Positions 1 to 9,747 of a DNA stretch of 64,000 nt are shown here, piece after piece; the stretch's first letter is position 1, and each line of letters begins with the position of its first letter. A program made the position numbers and the translations under genes. Source of the stretch: Guillardia theta CCMP2712 (taxonomy: Eukaryota; Protista; Cryptophyta). The DNA lies in assembly GCF_000315625.1 (NCBI RefSeq), contig NW_005434604.1, forward strand, positions 124,001-188,000, given 5' to 3'. The notes under the pieces were generated by a model. The model had not been told where the DNA came from and searched no databases. It saw only the letters and a program-made list of their open reading frames with translations.

Positions 1-311
1 CATCCGGGACTTACTCCCATCGAATCGTCGCCCTTCCCAGTCACCCGCCGCCGTGCCAGACCCGGAAGCGCTGCGCTTCGCCAAAAGATCCTATTCGGCC
101 CCCCCGTTCTCCCTTACAAGATCGCGCACCTCCCTTCCCTATCCTCCCCATCGCCCCCCACCTCATCAAACGCGCTTGAGCAAGCCATCACTCGATACCC
201 GACATCTTGCCCTGACCCCGCCTTCTCTCCTCCACCTACATGTCCTCCTCCTCCCACGACTGGCAAGCCTCTCTCGTCCGTCCCTTCCCTTCTCTTCCCT
301 CCCCCTCCCGC

Positions 312-578
312 ATGCCTGCCCACGCCGTCCTCCTGCTCCGCCTCTCCCTTGCGCTGGCCGTGGCTTGCCTCGCGAGCCTGGTCAGCGGCCTTGTCTGGCT
401 CCTCCAAGACGACGACTTGGAGTCTCCCGTCACCCTGGACTCTCGTCTGGCGCTCCCGTCGGGGCCCCGGCTGGATCTCCTGCCGGCGGCATGCCAGGCA
501 GGCGGCTTCGACAGGCGGAGGCTGCTGCAGCCGCACTTCGGTCAGACCTTCAAGGTCAAGCGCGTCGGCGTCCTCTAG
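312..578 (+). CDS. Small putative secreted or membrane-anchored protein (88 aa), repeat copy 1
   Basis: MPAHAVLLLRLSLALAVACLASLVSGLVWLL hydrophobic N-terminus. Pyrimidine-rich leader upstream and AATAAA ~50 nt after the stop. The ORF is intact in all three copies. Confidence 0.5.
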   Translation: MPAHAVLLLRLSLALAVACLASLVSGLVWLLQDDDLESPVTLDSRLALPSGPRLDLLPAACQAGGFDRRRLLQPHFGQTFKVKRVGVL

Positions 579-886
579 ACGACGGGGAGAGAGGGGCTGT
601 GTAGAGTAGCGAAGCATGTATGTAGAGTAAATAAAGAAGCACGACTTTGAGCTGTCTTCTCGTGTGTCCTGGCAGCGTCGGGGGAGGAGGTGGAGTGCTG
701 GCAGGCAGGCTCTAGCCTGTCAGCCACGACCAGGGGGAGCAGAGGAAACGTCTGGACCGACGAGCATCGCTATCCGGAGCCTTGCTCCATGCTGTCTTCT
801 GAGTGGGAATAGCCTTGGAGTCTCAAGAGCTCCTCATGAGACAGCAGGTGAGGCTGGAGCGACAAAGCTCCCTGCCTCTGCCTCTC

Positions 887-1431
887 TCAGGCGCGTCCCG
901 GTCCCGCCCAAGAGCCAACAGTCTCAGCCATGGTCGAGAACGCACGCAAAGGGTGCCGCATGCCTTGAGCGAGGAAACGCAGCGATACGACCGCACGTGT
1001 AGCAACATAGGCCATGCGGTCTAGCGCAGTGCTCTCAGCCTCTCCCAGGCGGTACAGCGTCCTATCAGCAGATACCAGTCTTTCATTCATTACCAACCAT
1101 CGCCTCCTACATACACCCTCTCGTCCTATCTTACTACCCTCCTGTCCCTCGTCGCTCTGGATGGCCGCTGGCTCCATGCTGGCTCACAGCTTGGCTCCTC
1201 TGCCCCGCCGCTGCTCCCCTCCTTGACCTCCGTCGCCCCCATTCCCCCCGCTCCTGCCGTCCTTCCCAGCCGCACCCACTCCCCCGTCGCCCCCATCACG
1301 GCCTTGCCCGACTCGATGAGGCGGATAGATGCCTGCAGGCATGCCAGCTGCTTGGCCCGCGAGGGCGCTGGGCTGTCGGGGCAGGGGCGGCGGTCTGCGG
1401 GCGGCGAGTCGACGCAAGTATCGCACGGCAT
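887..1431 (-). CDS. Possible small spliced gene in the repeat unit, copy 1 (MPCDTCVDSPP...; 3' part ...DRMAYVATRAVVSLRFLAQGMRHPLRAF...)
   Basis: ATG follows a pyrimidine-rich leader. Protein-like segments occur in ORFs 1126..1629 and 887..1177, separated by purine-rich intron-like sequence. Conserved in copy 2. Splice sites not resolved. Confidence 0.25.
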
Positions 1432-2009
1432 GTCGCTGTGTACAAGGGAAGCCAAGAATGAGAGGAGCGGCAGACGCCAAGGAGATGAGACGAAGGGGGG
1501 ATGTTTACTCCAGGCACGGCTGTCATGATCAGGCATGCTTGTCCCATCGAAACATCGCGATTGGCGGTCACTTGTTGACATGCGACTAGGCCAAGCGATC
1601 TGTTTTTTTCGAGCTACCTTGCAATCCACAACGGCGTCCGGACTTCTTTCCTGTCAGCAAGATCTCCGACTGATATCCATCCATTGCGGTCGATCGTCTT
1701 CCGGCTTCAGTCCCATCGAATCGTCGCGCTTCCCAGTCACCCGCCGCCGTGCCAGACCCGGAAGCGCTGCGCTTCGCCAAAAGATCCTATTCGGTCCCCC
1801 CCCGCTCCCCCTTACAAGATCGCGCACCTCCCTTCCCTATCCTCCCCATTGCCCCCCACCTCATCAAACGCGCTTGAGCAAGCCATCACTCGATACCCGA
1901 CATCTTGCCCTACCCGCGCCTCCTCCCCTCCACCGACATGTCCTCCTCCTCCCACGACTGGCAAGCCTCCCCCGTCCGTCCCTTCCCTTCTCTCCCCTCC
2001 CCCTCCCGC

Positions 2010-2276
2010 ATGCCTGCACACGCCGCCCTCCTGCTCCGCCTCTTCCTTGCGCTGGCCGTGGCTTGCCTCGCGAGCCTGGTCAGCGGCCTTGTCTGGCTCC
2101 TCCAAGACGACGACTTGGACTCTCCCGTCACCCTGGACTCTCGTCTGGCGCTCCCGTCGGGGCCCCGGCTGGATCTCCTGCCGGCAGCATGCCAGGCAGG
2201 CGGCTTCGACAGGCGGAGGCTGCTGCAGCCGCACTTCGGTCAGACCTTCAAGGTCAAGCGCGTCGGCGTCCTCTAG
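2010..2276 (+). CDS. Small putative secreted or membrane-anchored protein, repeat copy 2
   Basis: Same ORF as 312-578 with a few substitutions (V>A, S>F, E>D) and no frameshift. Confidence 0.5.
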   Translation: MPAHAALLLRLFLALAVACLASLVSGLVWLLQDDDLDSPVTLDSRLALPSGPRLDLLPAACQAGGFDRRRLLQPHFGQTFKVKRVGVL

Positions 2277-2583
2277 ACGACGGGAGAGAGGGGCTGTGTA
2301 GAGTAGCGAAGCATGTATGTAGAGTAAATAAAGAAGCACGACTTTGAGCTGTCTCCTCGTGTGTCCTGGCAGCGTCGGGGGAGGAGGTGGAGAGCTGGCA
2401 GGCAGGCTCTAGCCTGTCAGCCACGACCAGGGGGAGCAGAGGAAACCTCTTGACCGACGAGCATCGCTATCCGGAGCCTTGCTCCATGCTGTCTTCTGAG
2501 TGGGAATAGCCTTGGAGTCTCAAGAGCTCCTCATGAGACAGCAGGTGAGGCTGGAGCGACAAAGCTCCCTGCCTTTGCCTCTC

Positions 2584-3128
2584 TCAGTCGCGTCCCGGTC
2601 CCGCCCAAGAGCCAACAGTCTCAGCCATGGTCGAGAACGCACGCAAAGGGTGCCGCATGCCTTGAGCGAGGAAACGCAGCGATACGACCGCACGTGTAGC
2701 AACATAGGCCATGCGGTCTAGCGCAGTGCTCTCAGCCTCTCCCAGGCGGTACAGCGTCCTATCAGCAGATACCAGTCTTTCATTCATTACCAACCATCGC
2801 CTCCTACATACACCCTCTCGTCCTATCTTACTACCCTCCTGTCCCTCGTCGCTCTGGATGGCCGCTGGCTCCATGCTGGCTCACAGCTTGGCTCCTCTGC
2901 CCCGCCGCTGCTCCCCTCCTTGACCTCCGTCGCCCCCATTCCCCCCGCTCCTGCCGTCCTTCCCAGCCGCACCCACTCCCCCGTCGCCCCCATCACGGCC
3001 TTGCCCGACTCGATGAGGCGGATAGATGCCTGCAGGCATGCCAGCTGCTTGGCCCGCAAGGGCGCTGGGCTGTCGGGGCAGGGGCGGCGGTCGGCGGGCG
3101 GCGAGTCGACGCAAGTATCGCACGGCAT
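2584..3128 (-). CDS. Possible small spliced gene in the repeat unit, copy 2
   Basis: Copy of 887-1431. Confidence 0.25.
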
Positions 3129-3632
3129 GTCGCTGTGTACAAGGGAAGCCAAGAATGAGAGGAGCGGCAGACGCCAAGGAGATGAGACGAAGGGGGGATG
3201 TTTACTCCAGGCACGGCTGTCATGATCAGGCATGCTTGTCCCATCGAAACATCGCGATTGTCGGTCACTTGTTGACATGCGACTAGGCCAAGCGATCTGT
3301 TTTTCGAGCTACCTCGCAATCCTCAACGGCATCCGGGACTCAGTCCCATCCAATCGTCGCGCTTCCCAGTCACCCGCCGCCGTGCCAGACCCGGAAGCGC
3401 TGCACTTCGCCAAAAGATCCTATTCGGTCCCCCCCGCTCTCCCTTACAAGATCCCGCACCTCCTTCCCTATCCTCCCCATCGCCCCCCACCTCATCAAAC
3501 GCGCTTGAGCAAGCCATCACTGGATACCCGACATCTTCCCCCTGACCCCGCCTTCTCTCCTCCACCTACATGTCCTCCTCCTCCCACGACTGGCAAGCCT
3601 CTCCCGTCCCTTCTCTTCCCTCCCCCTCCCGC

Positions 3633-3899
3633 ATGCCTGCCCACGCCGCCCTCCTGCTCCGCCTCTCCCTTGCGCTGGCCGTGGCTTGCCTCGCGAGCCT
3701 GGTCAGCGGCCTTGTCTGGCTCCTCCAAGACGACGACTTGGACTCTCCCGTCACCCTGGACTCTCGTCTGGCGCTCCCGTCGGCGCCCCGGCTGGATCTC
3801 CTGCCGGCGGCATGCCAGGCAGGCGGCTTCGACAGGCGGAGGCTGCTGCAGCCGCACTTCGGTCAGACCTTCAAGGTCAAGCGCGTCGGCGTCCTCTAG
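3633..3899 (+). CDS. Small putative secreted or membrane-anchored protein, repeat copy 3
   Basis: Same ORF, intact, followed by AATAAA. Confidence 0.5.
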   Translation: MPAHAALLLRLSLALAVACLASLVSGLVWLLQDDDLDSPVTLDSRLALPSAPRLDLLPAACQAGGFDRRRLLQPHFGQTFKVKRVGVL

Positions 3900-4572
3900 A
3901 CGACGGGAGAGAGGGGCTGTGTAGAGTAGCGAAGCATGTATGTAGAGTAAATAAAGAAGCACGACTTTGAGCTGTCTCCTCGTGTGTCCTGGCAGCGTCG
4001 GGGGAGGAGGTGGAGTGCTGGCAGGCAGGCTCTAGCCTGTGCCACGACCAGGGGGAGCAGAGGAAACGTCTGGGCCGAGGAGCATCGCTATCCGGAGCCT
4101 TCTCCGGATTGCGACGCGAGGGAGTTATTGGGGTGAGCAAAATTCTTTCAGTCCCCTGCATAGCATTCATGCCTCAGTTCTCGACAATCACGTTTGTTCT
4201 TGACAATCATGCTTGTTTTTATATCTTTGTTTGATCAGTTCTATAGAGCGGGTGACGAATTTTACAAACTGGCAATTGTGCATCATTTCAGCTCAACGCG
4301 TTCATCCAACGGCGAGCTGGATAGCTTGTACACTGGTTTGGAACAGGTTTGGAACATTCGTCACGATATCTAGATTTTTCAGTCACGATGGCATGATTGT
4401 TTCGAGGCCGATATTCTATTGTCGGAATTCATTGAATGTTTAGACAATTGATCGACTCTGAATTGCACTAGAGAAAAACAAACAAAAAATGCAATCACAA
4501 CAAACAAAAATCCAATCAAAAGCCCTTGAATCCGCCGAGGTGTGGAGAAGTAGAACAGCATGAGCGCGGACA

Positions 4573-7500
4573 TCACGACGCTGATGTTGCCTTGGCCAGC
4601 CTCTCTGAGCAGATGAGAAGGTCAAGGGCAGAGCCCATGATCTCATGCCTAGTCGCTTCCTTGGGCAGAACTCTCCTGGCATTCGCGATCACCTGCCGAG
4701 CTCGATCTTGGCTGCATCCGCAGGCGCTGCAAACAAACTCCATGATTTGAAGGTCCTCGGGTGAGATGGAAGATGCAACCAGGTCCTCTGGGCGCCGCAG
4801 GACACCATCCCAACGATCCCACTGGGAGACGTCGTTAGCAAAGAAACGACAGTTGGGGCAGCTGTTGTCGATTCTCGCTCCTCCTTCCCCCTCGTGCCCA
4901 TCGTGGGTCGTCAAGTCACTGCAGGAGAAGTGATCGATCGGTCCACATTTGCATCGCGGGCACATGAGAGCATTGGGCATCTCCTTCTTCAGTTGCTCTT
5001 GTAGTAGTGCTCGCCCTGCTTCGCTTGAGAAGCTTCCTCCATTGGCGTCCTGCTCTCTCTGAAGAAGCGACTGTGCATGAGCATACGTCTTTGCATCCCG
5101 CCATTGCTGCTTGATGGCGAAGTACTTGGCCATCGCCTCCTCAGTCGCATGTCGGGCAACCTCGGTGTCTTTGAGCGGGTTTGACAAGCATCCTGGGGCA
5201 GCGCATCTGAGCTGCGGCTCAGGATCCGTCGCTTCCACCTTTTGCTCCGCCCACGTGATGCGAATGAATTGGTTGAAGCATTCATGGCACATCACATGCC
5301 CTTCGGAACACTGGTACGAATCTGCAGGGTCCACCTGCTCCATGCAGCTGTGGCACTCAACATCAACTGCATCTGACTGTTTTGAAGCCGCTGGCTGTTT
5401 CGAAGTCGCTGCAATCTGCTCCAATACAAGTTTCTGCAGCTGGGAAATGAGGGACGACGTGCCCTCGTCCAGCCGTCGATGGAGGAAGAGACACATTGCT
5501 CCGTACCTGCATGGGGTGGAAGTGCAGAATCGTCCTCGCCTGCCATTATCGTTGATGGCTCGTTGCTTCCCTGCGTTGTCGATAAATTCATCTTCCGGAA
5601 GGATCTCATCGTCCACGCCGATGAACCCCTTTGGAATGACTACTGAAGAAACCTCGCTGCTCATGCTTTTTGCATCGTCATCACTGCTTTCCTCACTTTC
5701 ATCAGACACTGCTGCTGACGAAACTGTCTTCTTCGCTCTCACATTTTCCTTGATATGAGCGCATTTACACATTTTGCCTTTGCTGCACTTCGGGTAAAAA
5801 TGGCACTCAAGCAAGGCTCGTTGTTCCGTCGAATGCATTCCTGTCCTTGCATGGTCCTTTCCAATAGTTTTTGCCATCTCAGACAACAAATGCTTTTCAA
5901 CCGTCCCGTTCTTGCGCTTCAAAAAGAAGAATTTTCCAGGAAGTGACTTGTTCGAGTCACTGGACTGACTAGCTTGCTTGGTCTTTTTATCATTCTGTCG
6001 TCCTTCCTGACTTTCTGGCTCTTTGTGTTGCTTCTTTTGTTGCACATTAGATCCCTGCTTTTCTGGATTTTGTGTCTCTTTAATTTTTGTTTGTTTTTGC
6101 TGATCATCCTTCTGTTTTGCTTCAGGCTCAGGTTTCTCTTGATTCTTACTTTTTTGCTGCTGACTCTTTTCCTTTTCGGGCTCCTTGCCTGTTTTGTCTT
6201 TCTTTTCACTGTTTTTTTTGTCTTTTTCCTTGTCCTCATCCTTGTCCTTCTGTTTGTCTTTCTTGGCCTGCTCATCTTTGGTCGCGGAGCTCCCCTTCTG
6301 TGCCTGTGCTTGCAACGGTTTCTCTTCCTGCTTCTCCTTGTCTTTTTGCTTGTCTTTCTTGCTCTCCTTTTCACCTTTCGGTGTGGAGTTTCCCTTGTTT
6401 GCCTGTGCTTGCGCCTCCTGCTTCTCATCATGCTTCTCCTTGTCCTTCTCCTTGTCCTTCTCCTTGTCCTTCTCCTTGTCCTTCTTGTTTTGCTTGTCTT
6501 TCATGTCTTGACCCCCTCGCAGCCCTTGAGATGGTTTGTCTTCTTGCTTCTCCTTTTCTGTACTCTTCTGTGTTTCCTTTTGCTTGTCCTTTTGCTGTTG
6601 CTGCTGCGGCTGCTTCTCTTGTGGTCGTTTATTCTTCTCTGTCTCCTCATCTCCTTTCGGCGTCTTTTCTTTCTTCTGCTTGTCATGCTTTTCACAAGCA
6701 CTGTTTGCTTTGTTGAACACGATGACTCGCTGTAATTGCTCAGCCGCAGTCACAATAGCTGAGCGAGGCATCAAGTGATTGTCCGACATGAGTGGAACAA
6801 GCCAGCGAAGCTCGTTATTGCTACGAGCCTGCAGTGTGGCCAAGTGATCGTTGTCTCCAGTCACTATCACTAAGTCCGTCAGAGTGACATTCGCTGGATC
6901 AGCACCGACAGGAGCAAGTTGACCGCTGCGACAGAGCTCTGATGCCTCGCTTGCAAGCCGAACGTCCTCGATGGTTGCCATCCATTGACCATTGGAAGTT
7001 CGCTTGAAGTTGCTGTTGATCACCCGCCATCCCAGTCCCGTTACACGATTCAAGAGTCGCATGGACTCAATCACCGCTTTCTGTGATATCACGTTCTTTT
7101 CCATCGCATCAATGGGATTTGGATGAAAGAAATATTTGGCCTGTGGGTGCACACGTGCTACCAGTTTTGATCGCTCAGAAAGTGTAGCTTCGATTCGCTC
7201 GATTAGCGTGACTAACACGTCAGGAGAGTCGAAGATGCAAAGAAAGCTGAAGCCATCTACGACTAACCCGACGTGGCGTTGAGTCTCACTCTGTACAAAT
7301 GACGTGGAGATGATTTGAGCTGGTTTGATGGCTTCCTCCTTGAAATGGACGAACTTGCACTTAGATGCGTCATGGCGATCTCCGTTCCCACACTCTTGCC
7401 CTATCGCTCCGGGATGGCTACGTAGATACCCCGATGCAATGTTGGGCACGAGTTCATTGAAGTTTGTCGAAACGCGTTGTCCTGAGAGGCGCTTCACCAT

Positions 7501-7761
7501 GCAAAAATTTGCCTTGTTCTTGTTTGTTGTCTTGGCAGCAGGCGAATTCGGCTGCGAGAAATGAACATAATTACAAGATGATGCATCATGCCCTGGACTT
7601 GTATTATTGCATTCCTTTGCTACACGATTAGTCTTCAAATACTCGAGAGCAGGACTTTCGACAAGTTGAGACAACTGCACTGTTTCTACCTCTCCAGAGA
7701 GGCGCATGACACGATATCGAACCGCATCATCTTTGTGTTGTTTATTCCCTTTTCCTGACAT
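4573..7761 (-). CDS. Intronless 1062-aa multidomain protein: 2 CHCH-type zinc fingers, NYN/LabA-DUF88 (PIN-fold) nuclease-like domain, K/E/Q low-complexity linker, 2 CCCH zinc fingers, RING, Cys/His (IBR-like) domain, UBA-like C-terminus
   Basis: C-x5/6-HDASxCxxVH twice. LVVDG...EDVRLASE...DLVIVTGDND fits the NYN pattern. CHFYPKCSKGKMCKCAH and CTSTPCRYGAMCLFLH are CCCH fingers. CHSC...CSEGHVMCHEC...CAAPGC is a RING. CPRCKCGPIDHFSC...H...CPNC follows, then CSQDRARQVIANA...SALDLL (UBA-like). Confidence 0.85.
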   Translation of the reverse strand: MSGKGNKQHKDDAVRYRVMRLSGEVETVQLSQLVESPALEYLKTNRVAKECNNTSPGHDASSCNYVHFSQPNSPAAKTTNKNKANFCMVKRLSGQRVSTNFNELVPNIASGYLRSHPGAIGQECGNGDRHDASKCKFVHFKEEAIKPAQIISTSFVQSETQRHVGLVVDGFSFLCIFDSPDVLVTLIERIEATLSERSKLVARVHPQAKYFFHPNPIDAMEKNVISQKAVIESMRLLNRVTGLGWRVINSNFKRTSNGQWMATIEDVRLASEASELCRSGQLAPVGADPANVTLTDLVIVTGDNDHLATLQARSNNELRWLVPLMSDNHLMPRSAIVTAAEQLQRVIVFNKANSACEKHDKQKKEKTPKGDEETEKNKRPQEKQPQQQQQKDKQKETQKSTEKEKQEDKPSQGLRGGQDMKDKQNKKDKEKDKEKDKEKDKEKHDEKQEAQAQANKGNSTPKGEKESKKDKQKDKEKQEEKPLQAQAQKGSSATKDEQAKKDKQKDKDEDKEKDKKNSEKKDKTGKEPEKEKSQQQKSKNQEKPEPEAKQKDDQQKQTKIKETQNPEKQGSNVQQKKQHKEPESQEGRQNDKKTKQASQSSDSNKSLPGKFFFLKRKNGTVEKHLLSEMAKTIGKDHARTGMHSTEQRALLECHFYPKCSKGKMCKCAHIKENVRAKKTVSSAAVSDESEESSDDDAKSMSSEVSSVVIPKGFIGVDDEILPEDEFIDNAGKQRAINDNGRRGRFCTSTPCRYGAMCLFLHRRLDEGTSSLISQLQKLVLEQIAATSKQPAASKQSDAVDVECHSCMEQVDPADSYQCSEGHVMCHECFNQFIRITWAEQKVEATDPEPQLRCAAPGCLSNPLKDTEVARHATEEAMAKYFAIKQQWRDAKTYAHAQSLLQREQDANGGSFSSEAGRALLQEQLKKEMPNALMCPRCKCGPIDHFSCSDLTTHDGHEGEGGARIDNSCPNCRFFANDVSQWDRWDGVLRRPEDLVASSISPEDLQIMEFVCSACGCSQDRARQVIANARRVLPKEATRHEIMGSALDLLICSERLAKATSAS

Positions 7762-8158
7762 CTTCGGGCGACCGCAAGTGGCACAGACTGTGATCAGAGC
7801 ACAAGGGGCATGGCCAGTCGATCAGTCCCAAAACAGACGGAGCAAGGAGAGGAGAGCAAGACACGGGAGCCGCGAGTGCGGAGCACAGGAGGGGTGGTGG
7901 GAAATCGCAGCACGCGGCAGAAACCGCATCTGTGACTCGAAAATAAAGCTCCATAACTTTCAAATACGAACAATTAAATTTGAATTTAATCCAGAGAATT
8001 AGCAATCCAAACCACAAAGTTGGCTGGCATTTCAGGCACCCCGTTTTAATTGCGCCCGGCCCACCCCCCAGCTTCTTTTGGCTCTCTGCCATCACATCGC
8101 AACCAGTCCACCCCACCCCACCCCCTCCCTGAAAGGACCGGCCTCCCCCCCTGATATG

Positions 8159-8380
8159 TTTACTCAAAGTTAAGTAAAACGTTACTGTACGAGGACAAAT
8201 GACAAGACCCCAGTACTACGGTAGTCGCACTGCAGCGGCAGCCCCGTCGGCCATTCTGCCGCACTCTCCGGCCGGGCCCCGGCCCCGGCCCAACGCCGGG
8301 CTCAGACACTGTCAGACTCAGACGAGTTCGGATCATCGCGCACAGTGCGCGATCGGACAAGCCTCCGTTTCCGTCAGACA
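8159..8380. promoter_or_regulatory. GC-rich intergenic island with conserved TTTACTCAAAG...GTACGAGGACAA element
   Basis: The element also occurs at 20415-20452, and its first part at 63965-63975. The island is rich in CCGG, GGGCCC and GACTCAG words. Function is unknown. Confidence 0.5.
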
Positions 8381-8652
8381 ATGAAGTAGACAATCCTTCA
8401 CTGACAGCAAAGCACTCAGGCTTCTATTCATTGATGCAGGAATACCTTCATTGCAACTTCATCTTTTACCGTTCTCTCCATAATCACTTGTGTTTGCATA
8501 TCTCCTTTTCATTCCTCTTACGGATCAACGACGGTTCAGAGCTCGTGCTCGTTCGGAATCCTCTCAGGTTCGTTTATTTAACTCGTTGGTGTATTCACCG
8601 CTTCCCAACTTTTACCGTCAGTGCATTTCCGGCGTGTCCGCATTCTCAAGTT

Positions 8653-9747
8653 TCACTGGGCGTCTGCGGCTGAACTGAGCCAGTCCTTCCACTCGGCTTC
8701 GGCCTTATCGAACAACAGCTGGCTCTTCTTCGAGTCTACCTTTCCCTGGGCAATCTGTCAATGTCTACAAGACACGAGCTGGGGATTCCAGACCTTTGCT
8801 CCATCCACGGATATTGAAAGCTTGTTGAGTGTCCTGCGAACTGGTCAGTGCTATCCTTGCAGCGCTGGGACTGATGGAATTACGAGAGGAATTTTCTCTC
8901 TCGCTGCTCTGCTTCGATTTCCAACCTTGAACAGGAGAGTTGAGTAAGGACAGGATCTGTGCAAGAGGGAGAGTAAATCTTACTTGTCTGGCTCCCCCCA
9001 CGTTGTGCCGCACTCACAGCCTTCAAGCCCTGTCACTGCAATGAGGACATGTCGAGGACAAAACTGAGTTAGTCCAGACACCTTCGTGCTGACTTGATTC
9101 ATCGCCCTTCGCAGCACGGCAGCATCTTTGTCGATTGCAAACTTTGCCTTGGAAAGATATCAAAGGAGATCCGCATGGATGTTCGGAAAGGCACCTTCTT
9201 CCAATCGTTCTCGCCCAATGCGGCCTTGACTGTAGTGAATATTTTCTCCTTGACGTCAAGGCAAATCTGTCTCTTTTCAGAAATGAGCGAAGAGTCCTGC
9301 ATTCTTGTGGCATAATCCGCGTTTGCTTTCTCTCTATTGTCATAGGGGTCTATCTTGCCCGCCGCCGGCAAGTCGTTTTCCCCTAAGCTGCTTTGGCTTT
9401 CGCTCTTTCCTCTTCCTGCTCCGAAGTCGAGTTTCGCAAAGTCTCCTCGCCTGGCTTCTGCTGGAGGAGGGGTGATAGCGATTGCAGCAGATACAAGGGG
9501 GAGAACAGAGAGACGATGTATCAAGCTCCTTCTGTGCAAGCACTGAGCTTCTTCCTCTAATCTCATCGATAGCGCGATCCTTGGCTGGGACCTCGAGGTC
9601 CTCCCTGCGCAAAACCTTCAGCTGGTGGATACTCCAGCGAATGTGGGGTCGGATGTCTTTACCCGCATGCACAGGGTGCGGCCAAGCAAAGCCATCGCAG
9701 GAAACGACGAGGAAAGAAAGAAGCACCAAGGTCTCCGAAAACCTCAT
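8653..9747 (-). CDS. Plastid thylakoid-lumen protein (possibly PsbQ-like helical protein), spliced
   Basis: Signal peptide MRFSETLVLLSFLVVSCDG|F. Twin-arginine lumen signal RRSLI...SAAIAITPPPAEA. Last exon reads IAQGKVDSKKSQLLFDKAEAEWKDWLSSAADAQ*. Confidence 0.6.

Larger units (their letters stand above)
1..4101. repeat. Tandem repeat of a ~1.63-1.70 kb unit: copy 1 ~1-1700, copy 2 ~1701-3329, partial copy 3 ~3330-4101; probably continues upstream of the window
   Basis: Near-identical sequence and ORFs recur at offsets of ~1697 and ~1630 (e.g. ORFs 803/2500, 887/2584, and 240/1905/3570 sharing a C-terminus). Similarity stops after ...GCATCGCTATCCGGAGCCTT at ~4101. Confidence 0.95.

Noticed and set aside
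1-4101. Repeat unit as LTR element, transposon or rDNA
   Set aside because: No transposase or RT motifs, terminal inverted repeats, target-site duplication or rRNA-like sequence were recognised.
5919-6778. Hydrophobic or Cys-rich ORFs (e.g. 5974..6735 +) resembling membrane proteins
   Set aside because: They are antisense or alternate-frame shadows of the K/E/Q linker of the 1062-aa protein.
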